DNA of 64,000 nt, from positions 1,568,001 to 1,632,000 of the forward strand of contig OZ239628.1 of the NCBI GenBank assembly GCA_965195345.1, in the 5' to 3' direction. The stretch is from an uncultured Thiomicrospira sp. (GTDB taxonomy: Bacteria; Pseudomonadota; Gammaproteobacteria; CAKMZV01). Positions 56,612 through 64,000 of this stretch are shown in pieces. A model generated the notes under the pieces. The model had not been told where the DNA came from and searched no databases. It worked only from the letters and a program-made list of their open reading frames with translations. Every line of letters begins with the position of its first letter. The stretch's first letter is position 1. The translations under genes were made by a program, and so were the position numbers.

Positions 56612-57010
56612 ATGGAACGTACTCTATCCATTATTAAACCTGATGCAGTAGCCAAAAACGTTATTGGTGAAATCTATAGCCGATTTGAACGTGGCGGTCT
56701 AAAAATTGTCAATGCGCGTATGTTGCATTTAACTAGAGAGCAAGCCGAATCGTTTTACGCAATACATAAGGATCGACCTTTCTTTGCTGACTTAGTTGAC
56801 TTTATGACTTCTGCCCCAGTCATGGTACAAGCCCTTGAAGGGGATGATGCTGTCTCGAAAAATCGTACGTTAATGGGCGCAACGAACCCTAAAGAGGCAG
56901 AAGCTGGAACGATACGAGCAGATTTTGCTGACAGTATTGATGCCAACGCTGTTCATGGATCGGATTCCTTAGAAAATGCAGCCATAGAGATTAAGTTCTT
57001 TTTCGGTTAA
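56612..57010 (+). CDS. ndk: Nucleoside diphosphate kinase
   Basis: [27 protein letters not shown]. Confidence 0.98.
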   Translation: MERTLSIIKPDAVAKNVIGEIYSRFERGGLKIVNARMLHLTREQAESFYAIHKDRPFFADLVDFMTSAPVMVQALEGDDAVSKNRTLMGATNPKEAEAGTIRADFADSIDANAVHGSDSLENAAIEIKFFFG

Positions 57011-57052
57011 ACTTGGTTGATTAATTTTTTTGGTTAAATATAAAATTCGACG

Positions 57053-58171
57053 GTGACCAATCAAAAAACAAACCTACTTGGTTTAGACGCAAAACAAATG
57101 CAGGAGTTGTTTGCAGGCATCAGTGAACCTTCGTACCGCGCAAATCAAATGCTGCGGTGGTTGCATCAAACAGGTATAAGCGATTTTGAGCAGTGTAGCA
57201 ATTTCTCTAAAAAGTTACGCCAGCATTTGAATGATAATTTCTGCATTGAACTCCCTACTATTTTAAACACGCAGTTATCAGCAGATGGAACTTGCAAATG
57301 GCTGCTTGGCTTGAACGAGAACAACTCTATTGAGATGGTTTTTATTCCAGAAGAAAAAAGAGGAACACTGTGCATTTCTTCACAGATTGGATGTGCGCTG
57401 GATTGCAGTTTCTGTGCTACAGGAAAACAAGGGTTTAACCGCAATCTCAAAGCTTGGGAAATTATTGCTCAGGTGTGGATTGCTACTCAAAGCCTACTTA
57501 AAGAAGAAAGCAATCAACGTATTACAAACATTGTATTTATGGGGATGGGAGAGCCGCTGCTTAATATTCAACAGGTAGGCATTGCCGCACGGCTATTATT
57601 GGACGACAATGCTTATGGTCTCTCCAAACGACGAGTTACAGTCAGCACTGCAGGTGTCGTTCCAATGATATTAAGATTAAATGAAGAAGCAGATGTCTCA
57701 TTGGCTATTTCTCTTCATGCACCGAATGATAATTTGCGTAACGAACTGGTACCAATTAATAAAAAATATCCTATAAAAGACTTGCTTGCTGCATGTAAGA
57801 CCTCTTTAAAAGGATGCGATCAACGCAAGCATATTCTGTTTGAATACGTTTTGCTTGATGGTGTAAATGATCAACCTGAACATGCACATCAGTTGGGTAA
57901 AATTGTTCGAGATATACCTTGCAAGGTTAATTTGATTCCATTCAACCCATTCTTTGGCTCTGGATATAAAACGTCTCCTGTCCATGTTCAGCTACGATTC
58001 CAGAATATTTTACGGAGCCATAAAGTCCGATCATTACTTAGACGTACGCGAGGCAGTGATATAGAAGCGGCTTGTGGGCAATTGGCAGGAAAAGTTAAGG
58101 ATCGTACTCGACGCACCATTAGTTGGAAAAAATCCATCGAAAATCAAGCGATCGTGGCAAGTAAAGCATGA
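57053..58171 (+). CDS. rlmN: Radical SAM RNA methyltransferase RlmN
   Basis: CISSQIGCALDCSFC, MGMGEP, ACGQL. Confidence 0.97.
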   Translation: MTNQKTNLLGLDAKQMQELFAGISEPSYRANQMLRWLHQTGISDFEQCSNFSKKLRQHLNDNFCIELPTILNTQLSADGTCKWLLGLNENNSIEMVFIPEEKRGTLCISSQIGCALDCSFCATGKQGFNRNLKAWEIIAQVWIATQSLLKEESNQRITNIVFMGMGEPLLNIQQVGIAARLLLDDNAYGLSKRRVTVSTAGVVPMILRLNEEADVSLAISLHAPNDNLRNELVPINKKYPIKDLLAACKTSLKGCDQRKHILFEYVLLDGVNDQPEHAHQLGKIVRDIPCKVNLIPFNPFFGSGYKTSPVHVQLRFQNILRSHKVRSLLRRTRGSDIEAACGQLAGKVKDRTRRTISWKKSIENQAIVASKA

Positions 58172-59436
58172 GCAATAAAATACAGTCGGTACGCGGCATG
58201 AGCGACTTCAAAGGCTTGGAAGCACGCGCATATAATGACATAGTCAATTGCATTGCAAATATTTTGCAACAATTTAACTTTGAAGCATGTTCCACTCCTA
58301 TCGTTGAAAAGACCGCTTTGTTTGTGCGATCGGTTGGTGAGGTAACCGATATTGTTGAAAAAGAAATGTACACGTTTAATGATCGAAATGGAGACAGCCT
58401 TTCTTTACGACCTGAATGTACTGCCAGTTGCGCTCGCGCATTGATTGAAAATAGTTGGTTGCAAACTGCTAATCCCTTAAAGATTTTTTATCACGGCGCT
58501 ATGTTTCGTCATGAACGTCCACAGAAAGGACGTTATCGCCAGTTTCATCAATTTGGTGCAGAAATATTTGGCAGCACATCGCCCTATCATGATGCTGAGT
58601 TGGTTGTTGCAACACATCGATTATGGCGCTCGTTAAAAATTGATTCATCTCTTCATCTTGAAATCAATACATTAGGCAGTAATGAAGATCGCCAAAATTA
58701 TAAAAAGGCGTTGGTTGCATATTTGAAAGGTTGCTATAACTTATTAGACGAAGATAGCCAAAAAAGGATGGTAACCAACCCGTTGCGAATACTGGACTCT
58801 AAAGCTGAAAAAACGCAAGATTGCTTACGTGACGCACCCAAAATGAATGATTTTATCAGTGAAAAAAGTCGTGAGGCTTTCAATATTTTCACAAAAGCAC
58901 TGGATGTATGTGGTGTTGAATGGCAACTGAACCAACGGCTTGTTCGTGGTTTGGATTATTATAATGATACGGTGTTTGAATGGGTCAGCGATGCTTTAGG
59001 GTCTCAGGGTACAATCTGTGGTGGTGGACGTTATGACGGTTTGGTTGAATTGCTTGGTGGGAAAAGCACACCTGGTGTTGGTTTTGCTATGGGTATTGAG
59101 CGCATAATGCTTTTGTATTTAGATACAGAACCTTATAAAAGCGAAAAAAACAATCGCATATTTGTTATTTCTCAAGATAATACTGCCGTCAGTGCATTTT
59201 CTTTGAGTGAACGTCTTCGTAAGAATACGAATTGGCAGGTTTATGGCGCATTTGATGGCTCAAGCATGAAAAGTCAATTCAAAAAGGCTGATAAATCTGG
59301 GGCACAAATTGCGTTGATTTTGGGTGAAGATGAGCTGAATGCAAATGCCGTTACTTTAAAGAATATGCAGACGGATACGCCACAACAACTTATTAATATT
59401 GATGAACTGGAAAATTTTTTAGAAACATTTTTATAA
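58168..59436 (+). CDS. hisS: Histidine-tRNA ligase
   Basis: FRHERPQKGRYRQF, LVRGLDYY, GGRYDGL. Confidence 0.98.
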   Translation: MSNKIQSVRGMSDFKGLEARAYNDIVNCIANILQQFNFEACSTPIVEKTALFVRSVGEVTDIVEKEMYTFNDRNGDSLSLRPECTASCARALIENSWLQTANPLKIFYHGAMFRHERPQKGRYRQFHQFGAEIFGSTSPYHDAELVVATHRLWRSLKIDSSLHLEINTLGSNEDRQNYKKALVAYLKGCYNLLDEDSQKRMVTNPLRILDSKAEKTQDCLRDAPKMNDFISEKSREAFNIFTKALDVCGVEWQLNQRLVRGLDYYNDTVFEWVSDALGSQGTICGGGRYDGLVELLGGKSTPGVGFAMGIERIMLLYLDTEPYKSEKNNRIFVISQDNTAVSAFSLSERLRKNTNWQVYGAFDGSSMKSQFKKADKSGAQIALILGEDELNANAVTLKNMQTDTPQQLINIDELENFLETFL

Positions 59437-59454
59437 GCTATTAAGTAGGAAAAT

Positions 59455-60099
59455 ATGGATCAAACATTAACACAACAACAACAGTGGTTGTTAGTAAAAA
59501 GATGGTTTAAGAAAAACGGGCTACCAATTGTTATTGGAGTAGTCATTGGCATTGGTGGCGTTATCGGGTGGAAGTACTGGCAATCAAGTGTTGAAAACCA
59601 TCGTGCAGATGGTGCAACTTTATACATTTTATTGCAACAAGCTGTAGCTAAAGAATCATTTGAAGTCGCTCAGCAGTTAACTGATGAATTAATTTCTGAG
59701 TATGCAGATACTCCTTATGGCAACAGCGCGCGCTTGATTTTTGCAAAACTATTGTATAAGTCGGGTAAGAAAGAAAATGCTGTGGAACAGCTGAAAGCAG
59801 TTTTAAACAATAATCCGAATCAAATTGTAAGAGAGGCCGCTGCCAACCGCTTAGCTCGTTTGTATATTGATTTAAATCAAATAGACAACGCATTGATGCT
59901 TATTTCAGCACAACTCGGAGAAATATTGGGTGGCAATGCTGTTTCTCACTTATATCTGATTGAAGCAGATGCGTTCATTGCCCAGAATCAGTTTTCTGCA
60001 GCACGTGCAGCTCTAAACAATGCCTTGAAAAATTTGCCTACAAACTCACCATTGAAAAATTTAATAGACTTAAAAATCAATAATTTTCAAAATCGATAA
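59455..60099 (+). CDS. yfgM: YfgM ancillary SecYEG subunit (TPR)
   Basis: WFKKNG plus TM, TPY...A.L and RLARL; lies between hisS and bamB. Confidence 0.85.
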   Translation: MDQTLTQQQQWLLVKRWFKKNGLPIVIGVVIGIGGVIGWKYWQSSVENHRADGATLYILLQQAVAKESFEVAQQLTDELISEYADTPYGNSARLIFAKLLYKSGKKENAVEQLKAVLNNNPNQIVREAAANRLARLYIDLNQIDNALMLISAQLGEILGGNAVSHLYLIEADAFIAQNQFSAARAALNNALKNLPTNSPLKNLIDLKINNFQNR

Positions 60100-61322
60100 T
60101 GCACAAAATACTACAGTTCTTGTGCTGTGTAAGCTTGTTTTTTTTGAGTGCCTGCAGCAGTTCCGAATTCAAAAATGATGATGCTATTGAAAAAGTTATC
60201 ATAAACGGGGAGCAACAAACTTCATCTACTCAACCTGTAGAAGATGTGAAATCTTTGCCAATTGCTTTGTCTGATTATGAGCAAAAGGCTTTTCCATACA
60301 TAGACTGGTGGCAAGAGTTCTCTCCTTATTCTCTTGATGAATACAGTCATCTCACTGCGCATAATATAAAAATGGCAATTGATTGGGAGTATTTATATGT
60401 CCCGCTTCCTTATGGAGAGCTTTATGCCCTTGAGATGGAAACAGGTGATGAAATATGGAGCGTGAAATTCTCTAACCCAATAAATACGGGGGCAGCAGTC
60501 GATAATGGAATAGTATATGTTGGATTATTAGAGGGTGAAGTTATTGCACTTGATAGCCTTACTGGAAAAGAGTTGTGGCGCAAACGCTTAAACAGCTCGG
60601 TAAATGCTATAAGCCCTCAACCGAGTGGGATCTATGCTCGAGATGTGGAAGGTAATGTTTATAAAATCAATCCGAAAAACGGTTCAGACATTTGGCAGGA
60701 GAAGGACTTCATTCCTAAATTAACAATTGTTGGCAACTCTCTCCCTTTGGAGAGGGGGGCATTTGTTGTGTATGGTGATGATAATGGGCATGTGATTTTT
60801 CGTAACAAGGATGATGCTCATTTGATAAAGCGCATCGTTGTTGGTGGGTCTCGCGGTTATTCTGAGCTTGATAATATTCTCGATGTACAACCCGAGCTTA
60901 TTAAAAATAATGTTTTCTACACAGCCGCTTGGAAGTCGCAGCTCGCTGCTATTGATTTAGAATCTCAAAACCTTTTATGGCTTAGAAAAGAAGGAAACTT
61001 CAAGAGCATTCAGTCACATGAAAACCTTCTTTTAGTTCAAAAAGAAAACGGCAATATCGAAGGCATGTTGCCCAGAAGCGGTAAAACAATATGGCAAAAA
61101 ACTTATTCAAATCGTCCTTCGAGCACTATAGTTAAACATGGAAATTGGTGGGTAATAAGTGACAATCAAGGGGTAATGCATTGGTTTGATGGCGAAGATG
61201 GTAATGCTGTTGCCCGTTTTAGAGATGAGATCGCATGGGGCATTCAAGCTGCCAGCGTAGATGATCAGATATTTATCCTTAATCAATTAGGTCAGTTGAT
61301 CAAATTCAAAATTAATCCATAG
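60099..61322 (+). CDS. bamB: Outer membrane assembly lipoprotein BamB (divergent)
   Basis: Lipobox LSAC, PQQ-type propeller repeats (ALD..TG..LW) and conserved synteny. Confidence 0.8.
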   Translation: MHKILQFLCCVSLFFLSACSSSEFKNDDAIEKVIINGEQQTSSTQPVEDVKSLPIALSDYEQKAFPYIDWWQEFSPYSLDEYSHLTAHNIKMAIDWEYLYVPLPYGELYALEMETGDEIWSVKFSNPINTGAAVDNGIVYVGLLEGEVIALDSLTGKELWRKRLNSSVNAISPQPSGIYARDVEGNVYKINPKNGSDIWQEKDFIPKLTIVGNSLPLERGAFVVYGDDNGHVIFRNKDDAHLIKRIVVGGSRGYSELDNILDVQPELIKNNVFYTAAWKSQLAAIDLESQNLLWLRKEGNFKSIQSHENLLLVQKENGNIEGMLPRSGKTIWQKTYSNRPSSTIVKHGNWWVISDNQGVMHWFDGEDGNAVARFRDEIAWGIQAASVDDQIFILNQLGQLIKFKINP

Positions 61323-61348
61323 TTAATCTCAGTCAATCCGTAGAACTT

Positions 61349-62737
61349 ATGTTTCAACTTCCAATAATAGCCATCGTCGGTCGTCCTAATGTCGGAAAAT
61401 CAACGCTGTTCAATTGCCTCACTCGCAGTCGTGATGCTTTGGTCGCTGATTATTCGGGCCTTACGAGAGATCGGAAATATGGCGTTGGAAAAGTAGGTGG
61501 CAAACCTTATATGCTGGTTGATACTGGCGGATTGTTCGGAAACCCTGACGATCTTGAATTGTTGATGCAAAAACAAGTAAACGAGGCGATTGAAGACGCT
61601 GATCTTATTCTTTTTGTAGTTGATGGTCGTGAAGGATTGACACAAGGTGATCGTGAAATTAGTGACAAACTACGACCTTTGAAAGATCGAGTATTATTAG
61701 TCGTCAACAAATCTGAATCGGTTGATATTAATATATTATTAGGAGATTTTAGTGAATTGGCAATGGGTGAAATATACACTATCTCTGCCAGTCATTGGAA
61801 AGGGGTTCGCCAACTTGCCGATGTCATTTGCGATGCAATCCCAGATAGAACTTCCTCTTTGGACGAAGTAAATACTAAAGCTATCCGCGTGGCAATTATC
61901 GGTCGCCCCAACGTTGGCAAGTCGACTTTGATCAATCGTCTAATCGGTGAAAATCGTGTTTTGGAATACGACATGCCTGGCACTACTCGGGACAGTATTA
62001 GCATTCCATTTCAGCGCGCTGATGTGGATTATGAATTGATTGATACTGCTGGAATTAGAAGGCGATCACGGGTCGATCATCGCATTGAAAAATTCAGCGC
62101 TATTAAAGCTATCCAAGCAATTGAAATGTGCTCAGTTGCCGTTATATTATGCGATGCAAAAGAGGGGATTACCGATCAAGACTCCCATCTTATCGGCTTA
62201 ACTATCAGTAGTGGACGAGCATTGTTGATTGTTCTTAACAAGTGCGATGGCTTAGATGCAGGGCAGAAATCAAAGATTGAACGTAACCTTGATCTTAAAT
62301 TAAATTTCATCAACTACGCGCAACGATTGCGTATTTCCGCTCTATACGGCAACGGAGTTAGAGCGTTATGGAAAAATATTGAACAGGCGCATGCAGCAAG
62401 CAATAAGAAGATCACAACTGGTGAGTTAAATGCTGCTTTTGAAAACATCAAAGCGCATAATCCACCACCTACTGTAGGAGGACGTACTATTCGTATGCGT
62501 TATGCGCATATTGGTGGGCATAACCCTCCAACGATAATAATTCATGGGAACACGCTTGGCCATTTACCTGGCAGCTATAAACGTTATTTAGAAAATGCTT
62601 TCCGAGAAACTTTTTCACTATTTGGAACGCCACTTAAACTTGTTTTTAAAACCAGCGTTAACCCATACGCTGACAAGAAAAAACGACAAGAAGTACATCA
62701 CAAAAAACGCCCAAATCCATTACGTAAAAAACGCTGA
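61349..62737 (+). CDS. der: Ribosome biogenesis GTPase Der
   Basis: Two GRPNVGKST G-domains and a C-terminal KH-like domain. Confidence 0.98.
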   Translation: MFQLPIIAIVGRPNVGKSTLFNCLTRSRDALVADYSGLTRDRKYGVGKVGGKPYMLVDTGGLFGNPDDLELLMQKQVNEAIEDADLILFVVDGREGLTQGDREISDKLRPLKDRVLLVVNKSESVDINILLGDFSELAMGEIYTISASHWKGVRQLADVICDAIPDRTSSLDEVNTKAIRVAIIGRPNVGKSTLINRLIGENRVLEYDMPGTTRDSISIPFQRADVDYELIDTAGIRRRSRVDHRIEKFSAIKAIQAIEMCSVAVILCDAKEGITDQDSHLIGLTISSGRALLIVLNKCDGLDAGQKSKIERNLDLKLNFINYAQRLRISALYGNGVRALWKNIEQAHAASNKKITTGELNAAFENIKAHNPPPTVGGRTIRMRYAHIGGHNPPTIIIHGNTLGHLPGSYKRYLENAFRETFSLFGTPLKLVFKTSVNPYADKKKRQEVHHKKRPNPLRKKR

Positions 62738-62772
62738 TTAGGCTACAGAAAAGTTACCCTAATCATTGTTTT

Positions 62773-64000
62773 TCAGCGTCGTTTTTTGTCATCATAAAAC
62801 TCAATTTCTACCGCATGCTCATCTTTTAAATCAGCGGCGCGCGTTATCACTTTATTCTGCTGTCGAACTATCGCAAATCCTTTTTGTAAAATCCGTTGAG
62901 GGTGCGATTGTTTGACAATTTTTACTGTTTGCTCTAATTCTCTCCTTTTACGAAGGCAATTTTTGGGTATTTGAGTAATCAATGGATTGTAAATATGAAA
63001 CAGTACTCGTTTGTGGTTATTCAAGTGATTTTGCATCGTTATCAAAAGGTATTTAATGCTAATCAGATTGTCTTTCTTCCTACGTAAAGTATTCACCGCA
63101 TTGACAGAAAAGTCAGCATAACTGTTATGCAATCTTTCCTTATTACGCATAGACAACACCTGAGACAAATGAGATAGGTTATTTTTTTGCTGAGCTAATC
63201 TTTCAATCGCATTAATCATCGTATTGCGAATCAGTAATAGATGATTATTCGATGAATTCAGTTTGTATTTATTGTTGTTTAAACACTGTCTGCAATCCGA
63301 CATAACACGCTGTAAAAGCGTGTTTATATTTTGAGCGCGATTTTCTAAAACTGAATAACATTTTTGTTCTATTTGACTCCAAAAAACAATCGTTTTCTGT
63401 CCACTTTCAAGTATTTGATTACGAATAAACATGGCTGTTTTCGTCGGCGTTGAGAATCGAATATGCGCTACTTCATCAATGATAGTTTGATCACTATCGT
63501 GCCCAATCCCAGATAGCACAGGCACGGGGAATGTACATATTCTATTTGCTAAGTCATACTCATTAAGATAGTGCAGGTCGCCTTTCGCTCCTCCTCCGCG
63601 AATTATTATCATTGCATCAAATGCCTGCTTAGCGTGCTTTTTTTCTACTCTTTTAAGGGCAGACAGCAAAGATTCCGTGCATGCAACGCCTTGAAAAGTT
63701 GCCGTGAAATATTCAAAATGGCAAAGCGCATGTAAATCATCCGCAATTCTTCTGAAGTCGCCCAGTGCTTGCGCTTTCTGCGGACTTATTACTGCAATAC
63801 GAAAAAAATCATTCGGTAAGCTAAAGGAAGATTGTCGAGAGTAAACGCCCTCCAATTTTAATTGCGTGCGTATTTTCTTCAATTTAAGAGCCATCGCTCC
63901 AAGAGTATAGGCAGGGTCAATGTCCTCCACAGCGACAGAAACGCCGTACAACATGTGCATATCAGCACGCAATTTCAGCATTACTTTATGGTTGATACTA
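62773..64000 (-). CDS. xseA: Exodeoxyribonuclease VII large subunit (5' end outside the window)
   Basis: IIRGGG, SGIGHDSD, TPT and PQRILQKGFAIV; the frame is open to the window edge. Confidence 0.85.
   Translation of the reverse strand, partial: SINHKVMLKLRADMHMLYGVSVAVEDIDPAYTLGAMALKLKKIRTQLKLEGVYSRQSSFSLPNDFFRIAVISPQKAQALGDFRRIADDLHALCHFEYFTATFQGVACTESLLSALKRVEKKHAKQAFDAMIIIRGGGAKGDLHYLNEYDLANRICTFPVPVLSGIGHDSDQTIIDEVAHIRFSTPTKTAMFIRNQILESGQKTIVFWSQIEQKCYSVLENRAQNINTLLQRVMSDCRQCLNNNKYKLNSSNNHLLLIRNTMINAIERLAQQKNNLSHLSQVLSMRNKERLHNSYADFSVNAVNTLRRKKDNLISIKYLLITMQNHLNNHKRVLFHIYNPLITQIPKNCLRKRRELEQTVKIVKQSHPQRILQKGFAIVRQQNKVITRAADLKDEHAVEIEFYDDKKRR

Overview
A 64-kb chromosomal window from a low-GC gammaproteobacterium, judged from gene content and order. 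The left end has a 5'-truncated RHS/YD-repeat fragment next to a complete compact type II-C CRISPR-Cas locus: tracrRNA on the minus strand (~541-656), cas9 (~1045 aa, true start 687), cas1, cas2 and a 40-repeat array with 37-bp repeats. The most interesting region is the distal end of the array (7751-8140). There, 194 bp between the last repeat and an isolated degenerate repeat hold an unannotated 29-codon membrane-peptide ORF with an extended -10 promoter and a downstream hairpin. The isolated repeat and its flank also match the 3' part of the tracrRNA. Together these suggest a CRISPR-embedded peptide toxin / regulatory-RNA module, which is a hypothesis and not a demonstrated function. The rest is mainly housekeeping: mutS, msrPQ, pyrG-kdsA-eno-ftsB, rplY-pth-ychF, ubiB, mpl, ssb, tRNA-Cys, cmoB, rluC, dapDE, prmC, metA, pgsA, glyQS, pheST-ihfA, rpmI-rplT, ndk-rlmN-hisS-yfgM-bamB-der and xseA. 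Accessory genes include an S8 protease and a 1890-aa lipoprotein adhesin with cadherin-like tandem repeats and a 7-blade FG-GAP propeller, followed by a decayed paralog. All calls come from reading the sequence; no database searches were run.
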